From NCBI RefSeq assembly GCF_009914755.1, contig NC_060933.1: a DNA stretch of 64,000 nucleotides, one strand, 5' to 3'. A model generated the notes under the pieces. It was not told where the DNA came from. It saw only the letters and a program-made list of their open reading frames with translations, and ran no database searches. Shown here piece by piece: positions 42,076 through 56,625 of this stretch; the stretch's first letter is position 1, and every line of letters starts with the position of its first letter. The position numbers and the translations under genes were made by a program. This DNA comes from the human T2T-CHM13v2.0 reference genome, Homo sapiens.

Positions 42076-45000
42076 AGAAGAAAGTCTCAATATATAATTA
42101 GACTCAATTACTGAAATAAAATGAAATTCCATGTTAGAGATTTTTTCAACTATAATGTAATTTACTTAATGATTACACAATATCATAAGGAAATATAATG
42201 TTTAAGCTCTGATACTCTAAATTGTTCTAACTCTGTGTATTTATACATATAATTTTTATGTATCTGCTTACATCAAGGCAGATGAATGTATTATTTCTTT
42301 TTTCTTGATTCTTTTCATATGCTAATTAAAAAAAATCCGATACCAAATATTTAATGAAGTATTATAATTGAAGCATCATTACACAGCTTATTGTTGATAT
42401 GTAGTTAAGGACAGTAGCCTATTACACCAAGAAGGAAAATGCACTGCAGAGGTGCTGAACAGTTTTTGAAGCTGGGTAATCAAAAACATTCATCATGAGT
42501 TGTTTATGTGACTGTGTCCCCTCTTCTACTTCACTGATCAAACCCTACCTTGGTTTTATTCATACTGCAGATGTAGTTAATAGTCGCAATTCATCCATAT
42601 CATTGTCATTCCCACAAGCACTTTCTGCTAGGGTTTCTTTAGAAGACTTATAGGAAGTAATTCACAATAAAATATTTGAGCTTTTGGGTATTCTTAGACC
42701 CAATGCAGTCATTCATTAAAGTCAAACCTGGAGCATCACTCTGCCCCTTTAGGTTGCTCTAATCTCTGCAGGATGCTTCCTGTGTTACACGTTAAATGGT
42801 TCAAATGGGCTCAGATGACACCAAAGTCAGCCAGCATGTTGCAGTTACAACCACAAATGACCACATTATTTTACAACAAGCCTTTGAAGTACAATGCAGT
42901 GAAAAGCTCATGATCTATTACATGACCTGCTCTGAATTAAATATCACTAACATTCTGGGAGTCATTCTGCCCCAAATTCATTTTGACTATCAATGTCTGC
43001 TCTACCCAGTTTGACCTTGACAATAGGAGTTTCAGTTTATAAATGTATCATGTGGAGAGCAGCCCGGTAACAAAGGATAAATGAACTCAGAAGATAATTT
43101 TGAGAGTAATGCTGTTTGGAAAGCCTCTTTCAATTTCTTATGGGCCTAGATATGAGGTATACGTGTGGAAATCCCCTTAGGCCACCATTCTATTCAATGA
43201 TATGGTTCCAACAATTTGAATTATAGGCCTTTCTGAAAAATTACTTGATCAAATACATTTAAGAGAGGAACACTGCTTTGTCAAACCTGGCAGTATCAAG
43301 CTATAGATAAAATTACTACAGTGCTTTTATTATCCATGGTAGAAAAAAAAAAAAAAAAAAAACTCTCTGTAGGGATCAAAAACTGGATGAGTAAGCATAA
43401 AGTGAGGCCATAGCCTACTTTCATTTGTTCCCCTCCACAATGGTTACAAGATGTACTGGAGGTAATTCCAGAAGATATATCAAGGGCTTTAGTTCTTTAT
43501 CAGAAATAATTTTCATTTTCCAGTCAATGCATATCTTATTTCTTCCACCATTAATTCTACAATGTGGTCTCAATTATATCAGTAAGAAAAGTGGGAAACA
43601 ACCCATCCCGACCCAAAAATTTTGAATTAATAAAATGTTCTTTATCAAACCATTATACAGATTAATGCACCACAACTTGGATGATTAAAATGACCCTTTG
43701 TTATGGGAATCAGCAGCGGAGACCCACAGAATTTAATTGCAAGAAAGTTCAAAGTCATATAGCCCTATACTTTAATCCATTAGTGTTGCTGTGCATTTTG
43801 GAGGTTAAAACCTGGCTACAAAAGAGAATCACTTTCTATTACTTACTACCAAACGGCTTTACTTCTAAGGAAAGCTTATTAGTTAAAACTATTTGATGTC
43901 ATTCTGGCTTGGATCTCAGTGCCTTAAAAACTTTTTTTTAATAGGTAGAACAATTCATAGATTCTACAAGTTGCCTTTGCATTTTAAATTCCATTTCAAC
44001 TTAAACAGGATGATGACACTTCTGTAGTTCAGCTGAGAACCAATTAAAATAGTAAAGAATATATCAAGATTAATTGATTAGTCAGTTGCAAGTAAAATCA
44101 TGTTTGGCTTCAAAATGCTTAGAAAAGAGCAGCTGATCATTCTGCATTTTCAGTTAAAGGATTACTATTTTCTGAATATCACAGAATAATGATTTTGTTC
44201 CTTCACCATCAAAACAAAACAATTAAATTATAACATATCTAAATTACTTGATGACATTATTGAAATAATGTCTCATTTTACACAGCTCCAATGATCATCT
44301 AATCACTAGTGACACAAAAGCATAGGCCTAACCTTGAACTCATCTCCTCGTCTGAACACGATCAAATTTAATTCAGATAAATGAAGCCAGTGATCATAAA
44401 TCCCGCTTCTAGAGATGACACACGTCTGCCAAAGAAAGCTAACAACCTTTCTGGTCAGATCACAGTCTCCTTTGTGCAGACATAGATATGAAATAAGCAT
44501 CATCTCTCTGTAATGTAGGTAGGGAATTTATTCTTTTCCTTGCTCTGTTTGTACTAATTTGAGGTAGAAGAAATACCTAGAAATAAAAGATTGTACTACA
44601 AGATGTGGCCTATGCTATAAATAATCCCAATAAATTAAAATCTCATATTTGCCAAATGGGGGCGTTACGGTTATTTGCCTTATGAACTGATTGAAAACAG
44701 CATCATGTTAAAATAACAAAGGCTCTTCTGTATTTTAAAATGTGAATTCTACTCATTAACTTGCTGTGGTCCTCTGGGGATCTAGCTCAACACTTCTGGA
44801 TCATATTTTCTTGCCTAAATAGAAGTATGTAGTAATTATGTCTTGTTCTTCATGTTATGCATTACCTTTCAAAAATGTCCTTATACAAGAAGAGTACCAA
44901 TTATAATGCACCTGCTGTTGCAAGATTTTGGAAATCCACGTTATATATTTAGTATTTGTTGTTTCTTATTCTATATATTCTGCTTTGCTCACAATTTTGT

Positions 45001-45539
45001 CATTTGTTTTCTCTATAGTTAAATGCATTTTTGACTCTGAAAACCTACAGAATATAGAACAAGGCAAACATCTGATAATCAACAGAATTCTGTGAGAAAC
45101 TGGTTAAGACCATATCGTAGGTCAAATGAACTCTGCTGCAAATTGCAACTTGGTGTTTGTGACAGCCTCAGCAACTGTTGCACTAATGAAGGGGACCTTG
45201 GGATTTATACCAATGGTGATTAAGTCTTTGCTGACAATTCACTTCACCTTCCACACCTCTACATCATGTTTTACAAGGAGCAAGGGGCAAAATGTTAAGG
45301 CCAACAAAGATTAGACAGGTTGTAAGCTTTATTGCAGCTTAATGTTTTTTAATTAAAGCCAAAGGATCTTTGTTGGGATCCCCAGGGGTTAGCATGCCCA
45401 TAGCACTGAACCATCCAACCAGCTAGGTATGGAGAAGCCAGCACCCAGATTAGATCCTGAAAGGCCTCCAAGGGAGGGGGGCGGAAATGCAGCAGATTAA
45501 ATAACGAATAAAAGACATGGCCAACAATGACACAGTTAC

Positions 45540-45630
45540 CTCATCTAATTCCATTTCATCTGGACTCTCCCATGGCTTGATAAATTTCCCGCGAGATTTC
45601 TTCAAAGGCACAATTATTATGTAGTAACCT
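45540..45630 (-). CDS. PTPRD: PTPRD coding exon, 91 nt ([30 protein letters not shown]), phase 2-0
   Basis: Acceptor tcttgtgcag|AGGTTAC, donor GAG|gtaact; lies within ORF 45450..45638. Confidence 0.95.
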
Positions 45631-47051
45631 CTGCACAAGAATGAATAGATAAAAGTTAGGTTAGTTGAAAGGAGGAAAACGTGGATATACCCTTAAACCT
45701 TCCACAGACCAATGAGGTTGAAGGCAAATTATGGATATGGGGTGACTTGTCCATTTCTTACATCAATGACAAATATCCACCTGTTTGTTCAATTTTAAAA
45801 ACAACACGGGAAGACATTTATGTGTGATTGCAGTGATCTTGTATGGTAATATCATCATGGTGGACTGCTCTTTATTAGGTATCATAAACAGAGCAGGCAT
45901 AGTTTGTTAGGGCCCTGGTGCTGGACACATACAAGGCTAGAATACTGCAATCTACCACCACAAGCTGCTGAACCAAATATTTTCTATGACATGAATTTAT
46001 AAGAAGATGTTTTTAAAAGGAGGATATAGATGAAAAATTTCACTCTTAGCCCACATAAATACCTAGTAGTGCTGTTGTTTATACAAACCTAAAATGCTTT
46101 TTATTTGAATTAAAAATTTTTAAGTAACAAAAATTAGGTATAATTGCACAGAGTAAGATATTAAAAATTCCCTTCTTTTTCTACCCATCAAATTGCAAAT
46201 CTCGAGGTAAGTACCGCAGAAAATTGGAGAAAATCACGACTTAAGGGCCTTCAAAACAGCTATCACTATAATGACATCTATACGAAAAGACAAAAGTAAC
46301 TGAATACTTACACTGAGAACAGTCAACTAAAATTTAAGGAATGTATAAAGGCACCCATCCACAAATAGGTATGGGTTATTTGTAAAGCTGTTTTGTCACT
46401 TCAGTCTAGTATATACTCTGCTTTCATATTCCTGTTTAGGGATTCTGCTCATACTGATCTTTAGTAGTAACTATACAAGGACTTTGAACATACTGTTTAA
46501 TAATAACATATTAATCACTTCCTACTTCTCAGGTATTATAGTAAATGCATAATCTGGTTTTGTCCTCCTACAGAGAAATTCTCTGAGCAAAGCCTAGGTA
46601 TAGCCTATAAGGCTACAAGGACTGGTCACAGGCAAAAAGACAGATCTGTAGAGATTAAATAATTGCCAAATTAAAACAGATAGTAATGGGACGCAAAGCT
46701 ACATTTATCTTAATGGTGGCAGTGGTCTGTCTCTTTTTCTTATTTACTCTATGTGTCATAAAGTATTTTCTAAGGACTCCATACACTTCGTGGAGATTTA
46801 CTGTGAAAATGAAAACACACACACACGGACCTAAACATACCCCCATACCTTTAAAAGAGGAGGCCACCACACAGGACAAAGAAACAAGAGGAAGGACACT
46901 CCCAACCCTGTGTCACACTGAATCACAGAGACCAATCACAGAGACCACAGAGGCCAGCAAGGCCTCTTTCTATTCATCTCAAAGCAAAACCTGTAATAAA
47001 CTCAGTAAACTCTCTGTGATTAAGAACTCTGTTTCCATTAAGAGTCTAGAG

Positions 47052-47363
47052 CAGAGCTGTTCAGCATGGTATCCACTAGCCCCTGGGGGCCATCGGGCAC
47101 TGCCAATGTCACTAGCCCAAACTGGGACGCACTGTAAATGTAAAAGACATATTGCATTTCAAAGACTTAGCATTAAAAAGAGTGTGAAATATCTCAGTAA
47201 TAATTTTTAAAATAATGATACATTATAAAATAATCTGGATGTATTAGGTTAAATAAAATAAATTATTAAAATTAATTTCACCTGCTTTTTATTTTTTCAC
47301 TGTTGCTACTAGAAAACTTAAAATGTCACATGTGACTTTCATTATATTTGCTGGACGGCACTG
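47052..47363. mobile_element. MER33-like hAT element with an 8-bp TSD
   Basis: Inverted termini cagagctgttca/tggacggcactg; TSD gtctagag / ctctagag. Confidence 0.8.
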
Positions 47364-48789
47364 CTCTAGAGCATTCTGGTGAAGAATATGGCACTTGGAG
47401 ATATGTCTGGCTGGGAGTTTGGGCTGATCTTTGGCTTAGACCCCAGAATCTGTTATATATTCTGAAATACGTGAGTAAAAAATACCAGGCTGTGATATGG
47501 GGGGAAATAAACCAGAGGTGCTCAGCACAGTGTGTGTGGCATGTAGCAGTAAACAGATACCAGCTGCTACTGGCTAGTATGAACATCACAGGCCGGAGAG
47601 ACGCATCTGAACTATCTTATTCAGTAAGACTGCATGAAATTCCGTGAGCTGCAGGTTAAAGAGCTTGTCAAACTTCTTTTCCCCTAATGGAGAATTCAAC
47701 TCAAACCAGACAACTATACCACAATGCTTTCTCCATGGTGCCCTGAGCAACTAATCAACAGATACACAGGATTACACCAGCTAGCCATTCATTTTCTTTA
47801 CTACAAACAATCATAATGATCAAGGAGGATGAGGAGAAGGCAGAGGCTTCTCTGCGTATGACAGAGACCAATATCTTTTATGTTATGATCCAGAGTAAGC
47901 TTCCCCCTCTCCTGTCCTCCCACCATCTGAAGGATTTACCGAACAAGTCCATCATGTTAAATGAGCATGGAGGAGAATGACAGAGGCTGCAACTGAGCGT
48001 ACAAAATCACACTGCAGATGTGCTTGATAAACACACTTGTCAAGGAACCTCTTGCTTTTCACTACCAACTTCTCAAAGTCAGAAGAGCGCTACACATAAA
48101 GCAATGATACTGCATATTATCAGAGTGCTACCATTGTCCTCCTTCAGAATCTTGTAAATCAAGGTTAAGCTGATGAGTTTCATTAATTTTTTCTTCTGCT
48201 TTCATACTTTGAGTTGCCATTCTTGTACATGAAAAAAAAAATCCATTCTTTCTTCGGCAGCACTCCCCCACTATTCATTTTACTTGTGGCTGGGATAAGA
48301 ATTGAACAGCCTCCCCCACGGCAATTAATTAACGGTGCGGCAAGATATCCACAACCTTTTTTCTCCGCTGATCTCTAAAGCATTCATCTAGGGCAGTCAA
48401 AGTGAAGCTTGCTTCAAAGCAGCTCTTGCACATTGAAAGAAATAGGGCAGTGGCAATTTGAAATTCTGTATCATACAAAGCCTCACCTCAGTCTAAATCC
48501 ACACATTTCAACTGTGCTCTCTGCAACTATAGCTTTGTAAATATCAACTTCCTTGCCTTACCCGCAACCTGTCTCTCCCCTGAGGGTACTGCTTCCTTTG
48601 CAGCCTTCTCATATGGCAGCTGTGGATCTATCCCTCCTCCCCTGCCCATGAACCTCAGAGTCAGGGTTTGGGGTTTCTTTCCTGGCTTCCCATCGCTTCC
48701 TGCAGGTATTTTTCTTCCACTCTCTTGCTTTTGTAGTAACAAACCCCTTCTTTTTTGAAGTTCATGCAATCCAGCTACATTATGATCTT

Positions 48790-50650
48790 CTCTGGCTGAT
48801 TTTTGCCATCTAGTACCTCCCCCAGCATCTCCTTTCTCTCAGGGAAGATTCTTTTGCGGGGTTCATGGCCTTCTTTTTTCTCCAAACTCTGTCATCATCC
48901 TGGGTGATTTCAACCTTCATAGGTCGGGCCCACGTACCACTGAAGCTCTCAGATTCTTCAATTCTCCCTTTCCAAAGCCCGTCTCCTCCACTCTACCTTA
49001 GCTGAAATCTACGCTTGCCATTCTCTGTGCCAGAATCCAGGGAGCTGAACACAGCTTGAGAAATAAAGCACAGGGCAGAATAATGCCATAAATTCATAAT
49101 CAGCAACCCCAGTTAGGCCTTCAACACGGCCTGGCAATCTTACCACTATCTAGTTTCCTAATAACTGCTCCAATTGCCTAGTCCTTCCATTTTCCACAGT
49201 AACATTTTCACTTTCTCCTCTAGCCTGAAACCCTGGACGTTCAAACCACCCCACTAGAAGATGGCCTCATCTCTTATATAAAGAGAAAATGCAAAGATTC
49301 AGACAAGAATTCCCTCATCATCTGTCTACCAAAGTACAAGTCTATCTAGATCTGTAAACAAACCACACATTTTCTTTTGGTAAAGTAGAAGGGCTGGCCC
49401 TACTTTTGAAGGCCATTAACTATTTCTTGAATTGTTTTCAATCTTCTCACTTTCTTAGGAAGTTTACCATACATTGTACTCCTTCTCTCTCATATATCTC
49501 AACTTCTCCTTCCCCATTTGATCCCATCACTTAGGTTTCAACCATGTACAAATATGTGTCATATAGAGAACAAAACAAACCACATCCCACTCTAGTCACC
49601 TCTCTTTCTCCCACTCCTGACTGCCAAAATTCTGCAAATAGCTGTGTGTTCCTGCTGCTCCCACTGCCTCCCTTTCCCTTCACTTCCCAGCTGACTAGGC
49701 TTTAGCGCCTGCCTCCTCACTCCACCTCACTGCCATTGCCAGGGTGCTCAGTGATCTCCAGGGCATTACATCAAAAGGGGAGTTTCTGGTACTCTTCTGT
49801 CCTTCTTGCCCTCTTAGCAGACCTTTTAAGATGTTAACACTCTCCATGAAACATTCTGAGCCCTTTCTCTGTGATATTCTTCTGTTATTTCTATGTATAT
49901 CTCCTTCCACACTAACCTTATTTCCTTAGCAGAATTTATCATCTGCGGCCCAGCTACAATGGTGACACTCCTCAAGGCTCTGGCCAAGAACTTCTATCCA
50001 GACCCTATTTTCATCCTAGATCTCATTCCACCTCAGGGCATCAGTTCTTAGCTATATGCAAATGATTTCCAGACTCATATCTTTAGCCAAGAATGTTCTT
50101 CTGAATTCCACTGGTTTATCTGACTTTAAGTTACAAAAGTACCCCCAATTTACTGTGGTTAAAATAAAAGAAATAATATGCCTTTCAAAATAAACCCTCC
50201 CTAACATTGCACTACAATCCATTTCAGTGCACAAGCCAGAAACCTAGGTGTTATCATTGACAATCTGCCTTTATTCTCTCCCTCTGTCATACTTAATCTA
50301 TTGCTAAGTTCTATCACTTCCAAACCCTATCTCCAGTGCACGTGCTTTTCTCCATCTCTACTGCCACTCTTCTGGCCTCATTCCATGTCTTATGCCCAGA
50401 CTGTGACCTTACTCTCTCAACTCTCTCTATTGACTTTAGCCCCGTCTAGTGCAGTCTCTGAAATTTTCAATTCACAATACAAAATTTGTTCTGCCATTTC
50501 CACTTTTTAAAACATTTCAATGGATCCTCATTTCTCTTAGGATAAAGACTGAAAGGTATCAGAAGGCCAGCAGGATCTTGCCTGAATCCCTCTGACTGTG
50601 CCCTCTCAGCTACAGCTTGATAGGCTTTCAGTTTCTTGCATTTACCCTAG
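48790..50650 (+). mobile_element. Long degraded L2 element including an endonuclease-domain remnant
   Basis: atcatcctgggtgatttcaaccttcat encodes IILGDFNLH (APE endonuclease motif) near 48894; L2-like downstream sequence. Confidence 0.6.
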
Positions 50651-50652
50651 TC

Positions 50653-50999
50653 CAGTGGTTCCGAGCCTTTTTGGCACCAAGGACTGATTTTATGGAAGAA
50701 AATTTTTCCACGGACAGGGTGGGGATTGGGGGGATGGTTTTGAGATGAAACTGTTCCACCTCAGATCATCAGGCATTAGATTCTCATAAAGAGCCGGCAA
50801 CCTAAATCCCTCACATGTGCAGTTCACAATAGGGTTCATGTTCCTGAGAGATTCTAATGCCACCACTGATCTGACAGGAGGCGGAGCTCGCTCCAGTGGT
50901 AATGCTCCCTCCCCACTGCTTACCTCCTGCTGTGTGGTCGGGTTCCTAACAAGGTTAGGAATTGGCACCCATTCATGGCCCAGGGGTTGGAGATCTCTG
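50653..50999 (+). mobile_element. MER1B-like hAT element
   Basis: cctttttggcacca...gaaactgttccacctcagatcatcaggcattagattctcataa...ccaggggttggagatctctg. Confidence 0.9.
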
Positions 51000-52394
51000 A
51001 CAGTCCATTCTGTCATTAAACTATCGATCATTCTGTTCCACCTGCCTAGAACTTTCTGTCACTCCCACCTAGTTAACTATTCTCTCTCCTTAAATATCTA
51101 CTAACTGATTATTTTCTAAGTGAAATCTTCTCTGATTTTTTTTAAACCTATTACCCCCATTATATGGTCTCTATGAACCATTTTTAATCTATACATTTTC
51201 TTATACAACAAATTTATATATTTATAAAAACATTACTAAAGCAGACATACATATAATACCCCCAACATTTGCTTAACTTTGCTATTTTATCATGGAATTA
51301 TTCTTCCACTGTAAAGAAAGTGGGTACAAGAGGTGGCTCTTAGGAATTAATGCCTCTCCTAAGTCAGGCAGTCAAAAATATTTGGCGGTTCTTCTCCATC
51401 AGAATTTTCAACTCTCAGTCTCATCAAGCTTTTTCTCCTTTCTTCAAACCAGCAATGGCATGCCCAAATAGAGTTTCTAGAAAATATAACTCCTTATTGC
51501 AAACGTTCTTTTCTTTACTGGCCTACTCGTGACCCTTGTTCTAATCTCACAGGACATTAAGAAAGATAAGATGATTCATATTGGAGGAGTGAAATGGGCA
51601 GCTAATATGTGCCCTACAAATTCATATCAACCAAATCATATGAGCTGAAAGAACTTGCTTGAAATGAAAAAAAAAAAAATAAATTGCTTTTGGAGCTAGC
51701 TTTATATATGGGTAAAATTAAACTCAATATTCTGCTTTGCCCGTCTGCCTCAAGCCTGGAGTTTAGACTCAAAACAGCTTTTCAACATAGACTTTAACTA
51801 TTAAAGTAATAGAAAAATAAATAACTTCAGAATCAATATATCTGGAAAGCCCTTGACTACTTATAAAGTAAGCTGTGTTTTCCCAGTATATTAGATTTAA
51901 TTAGATAAGTTAAATCTAACCTTCAGAGTTTTAATTATATTAAGTAAAGTTTTACTGATTTCATTTAATATGTTATCATCAAGGGGCCCAGTTCCCCATA
52001 ATTATATGAGAAGGCAAGCTCTGGTTTTTGTGGCAGTCCCACTTCAAATTCAGTCAGGCTTTTTGTGTTAGTGTGTATTAGCATTCTCAAACATGTTATT
52101 TAACTGGGAGGTGAAAAGTCCGTCTAGGAGTTTAATGATGAATGTCATTCCTTGCGTAAGCCTCCTGGCTTTACCGCTCCTTAAATTCTCATGGCAACCC
52201 ACTGACTTTATTGCTTCATGACACTAAACACACACTTCTGTGATCTGTACCCAAGCACATATGCCTGGTCACTCTTAGTTCTAAGGTTTGTCTGGGGCAG
52301 TCCTGTTTATGTCTACTTCTTTTGGAGTTTTAATCAGTTATCAATTGACCTAGGAAAAAAAAAAATTCTATTTTGACCAATAAACTTATGGGCA

Positions 52395-52780
52395 CAGAGG
52401 CAGGGCTGTGGTTCAGAACATAGGCTCTGGAGCCAGACTGCCTGGATTCAAGCCTTTCCTCTCTGGTTTTGTATTGCCAGCTGGGGCAAGTCACTGTATG
52501 TTGTGTGTTCCTCAGCTATAAAATAAGGAGCACCATTCCTGTGAGGATTACATCAGTTAATGTGTGTAACATCCTTTGCAAAGCACCTAGTATGCCCTCT
52601 GTTCGTATTAACCATTACTAGTATTAGCTGTATGATCTTGGCCAGGACACTTAGTACCATTGGTCCTCATTTTACTCATATGTAAATTAGAGGAAGAATA
52701 CCTACCTCACAGGGTTATTGTGAGTCTTAAATGAAACCTAATATCCTCAGTAAATTGCAAAGTACTATACAAATTTAAGC
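52395..52780 (+). mobile_element. Two adjacent MIR fragments
   Basis: ggctctggagccagactgcctggattcaa; tagctgtatgatcttggcca...acctacctcacagggttattgtgag. Confidence 0.7.
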
Positions 52781-55119
52781 CTTTGTGAGTTAAAGTAATT
52801 TAACTCACAAACACATGATTAATTACTCTTCATTAGGCTGCTAATAGTGGAACACAAATCTTATGAAGCAACACTGTAAGCCATGCTTCCACAAAAATCT
52901 TCTTGTTTAAAAGAAAAAGTTGAGAACAAATTAGTAAGACCAAAGAAATTGAAAATTTCATAGAATACCCTTATTCTTTATTTCAATTTTTTATAAACAT
53001 AAAACGGTTGTTATAAAATTAATTTACATTGAGTACCTTCTGGTAGTTTTTTCTCCTAGTATAATCTGTGTTGTGCATTTTTTAAATACCCAGAGTAAAA
53101 TTCTGCTCTATAAAGTCACAGAAGTTCCCTATGTCATTACAACTTGCTTCTGAACAACAGTAGCACTGCTAGATCTGACTGGCATTCTGCTCCCCAAATC
53201 TACTTAAATAGTAGGTTTAAGCACCACAGAATTCCTGATACCAGAACTTGCAGTATCCTTAAGGCTGTTACAAAAGAAATTTAGCCTTTCTGTGAGGGAA
53301 CTCTCCTGATGTGGCACACAAAAAATACAACAACCAAGTATGAAAGTAAAGAGATATTAAATTAATTAGAAATCATTAGACACTTTTTCGGTGTTGAGGA
53401 GTTAAGGAGTAGGGGCCAAGACCTCCTCATTAACTTGGCCAGAAATGACAGCATGGTTTCTGTTGGTCAAGAAAACAGGTGTCAATCACCAAAACTGCAT
53501 TTTGCTTGAAAACAAATAGGAAGCATTTTTCTGGATAGCTTTCATCTAAATAAAAGTTAGCAACCTGCCCACCGTTCTGGAATGAGTTCTGTTTCTTCCT
53601 CACATTTTTTCTAATAGAATACTGAATAAAAAGCTACAACCTTTCCTAATTTCTAAACTTGCCAACCACGGCAAGTGACACAGCATGGCACGGAGCTTCT
53701 TGTAATACCTGACCGTGTTACATTAACCAGTCTAGAAAACAGGAGTAGTAACCTTACACTATTATCCCTTTAAGAATTCCAATAAATAGAAATCATCTAA
53801 GGCTTTTCACTACAAGATTTGCTTTTCATTTTCCATTTCTTTGATACTTTTCTCACTCAAGTACTTTCCTGATTTAGTCTTTCACTCATTTCTTCCCCAA
53901 AGTGGCTGTAATATATTTCTGAGAATCTTTTATTCATTCCTAGAAAACAAAAAATGTCCAAAATAGTTTGCTTTCTTTTTCTGCTTTGTAATGGTCTCAT
54001 TTCTGTGATGTCAAAGTTTTATACCTTTTCCCTGACTCCCTTTTCAAATATAGAAGCGGAAAGTGCATAAATAAAACAAAAAAAATTGAACAAGCTAAAA
54101 ATAAAAACTGACAAAGGTAGAAAACATTCTGCAATATTCTCAACTCCTTCAGAAATTGGAAAATGAAACTAAAGTTTACCACCAATGGACTAAAAGTGCC
54201 AATTTCCAATAATAGCTAACACATTCTAGCAACACAATTTGGTGAACAGCCTCTAAAAGGTCATTTTTATATAAATAAAAGAAAGTATTGAAAACTAAAT
54301 TAATAGTAAATGCTGAAGAATATACTATACTATTTTCCTCTTTCAACTGCTCTTTTCCTGAAGAGACATGCATGTTTTTTTAATGGAATGAATTTATAGT
54401 CTATCATTTCCCTGTTCCTTCATTATTTGTAACTTTTTCACCTTTCTTAAATCTTTCTCACACTATCAGACTCAGATTAGATATGATCTCCTTCAGGAGG
54501 CCTCCCCTGACACCCAAATTGGGCTAAAACTTGATATTTATGTTTTCACAATACCTGGCAGTACTCACCCCATTATATTCACATTATCTATTTTCTGAAT
54601 CTATTCTCTTACTATAAGGTAGGACTTAATCTCAGTCATCTTTCTATTCCCAGAAATAGTCCTGACAAAACAGTGTGTATAGAATATATATTTGTTGGAT
54701 GCCAGCAGGAAAGTCTTAAGAGGTAGACAAGTACAACGTGGCCAAACAACAATTGCTAGTCTTTCTCTTGCCTCTACACCATCAGAGACGCTCTATCCTC
54801 TGAGTGAACGGCTGTCTCTCCACTCCCACTCCCATGGCCCAGCTAACTTCCTGTCACTTTTTAAGCCTCAGCTTAAAAAGCCTCATTTGTCACTTTCTCT
54901 AGGACTGCTGAACTAATAAGCCGGAGTTAGGAGCCTCGTCTACAGCCTCCCTTATCTATCTAATTTTCTCTACTATAGGACTCTGCTTCAGTGAACTCTT
55001 TGCTTGTCCAAATTGCCCAATTAACTATGCTGTATGAGAACAATGAGAAAGGACACACTGTCGCTACTGAATCCCTGAAACATTAACGTTGACTATTAGG
55101 GTATGTGATCAAGAAATAA

Positions 55120-55245
55120 CTGATATGTCTATGGCCTTGATGGTTTTATAGGTAAATACGTATCCCCAAACTCATTGAGTTGTATACATTAAATCTGCAC
55201 AGTTTCTTACATATCAATTATATTTCAATAAAGTGGTTTTAAAAA
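55120..55245 (+). mobile_element. L1M 3' terminal fragment
   Basis: aaactcattgagttgtatacattaaa...tatatttcaataaag. Confidence 0.65.
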
Positions 55246-55403
55246 TTCATAAATATCCTTTATCTGTCAAGATCAATTAATAAACATTCAGAATGAATAC
55301 ACAAATCAAGGAATATAATCCCGCTGTCATACTGAAATTGCTTGGGATAAAAATTACACAAATACTCCATTCTCATTTTCAGATTTCTAGATAATAGAAG
55401 AAG

Positions 55404-55711
55404 GGCCGGGCGCCGTGGCTCACGCCTGTAACCCCAGCACTTTGGGAGGCTGAGGGGTTGGATCACGAGGTCAGGAGATCGAGACCAACCTGGCTAACAT
55501 GGTGAAATCCCATTTCTACTAAAAATACAAAAAGATTAGCCAGGCGTGGTGGTGGGCTCCTGTAGTCACAGCCGCTCGAGAGGCTGAGGCAGGAGAATGA
55601 CCTGAACCCAGAAGGCGGAGCTTGCAGTGAGCAGAGATGGCGCCACTGCACGCCGGCCTGGGCAACAGAGTTAGACTCCGTCTCAAAAAAAAAAAAAAAA
55701 AAAAAAAAAAA
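55404..55711 (+). mobile_element. AluY-like element with a long poly(A) tail
   Basis: ggatcacgaggtcaggagatcgagacca; ggcggagcttgcagtgag; tail of about 27 A. Confidence 0.95.
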
Positions 55712-55738
55712 TAAGAGTAGACAAATGTGAAGACTTTA

Positions 55739-55858
55739 TTTTACACTGAATTTATTTTGGGAATAATGTTTTAGAAATTCTTTTCACTGAATTTATTTTA
55801 GTAATAATCTTTCAGAAATTCTTTTCACTGATTTTAGTAATAATCTTTTTGAAATTCT
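55739..55858. repeat. Degenerate tandem repeat of about 40 bp (3 copies)
   Basis: cactga(attt)attttagtaataatcttt..gaaattct recurs. Confidence 0.8.
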
Positions 55859-56151
55859 GTCACCTAGTTGAAATTCATCAATTATTTTATCAAATAAACA
55901 ATAATTGAAAGTGTACCCAGGAAAGGTTGTTTTAGGATGTGTATCAGGTCTGAATTTATTAATTATACCTAAATTACACAAATTATACTATTTTAAAACT
56001 TCTTATTTCTGATTTTGTTTTTTAATACCTGATTTTCTCAGCCATCTGCTTTAAGTTTTCTGGAGTTTGGGGAGTTTTTGACCACTTTTTGAATTTTTCT
56101 CCTTCTAGAAAATCCCTTTGCCATGCTGCTCTGGCTCAGTTCTCCTGTTAG

Positions 56152-56625
<474 letters not shown>

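Noticed and set aside
46686-47210. 174-aa plus-strand ORF with a hydrophobic N-terminus
   Set aside because: Antisense intronic; its 3' third runs through a MER33-like element; no recognisable domain or promoter and splice context.
50690-51104. 113-aa and 95-aa ORFs
   Set aside because: Derived from the MER1B-like element.
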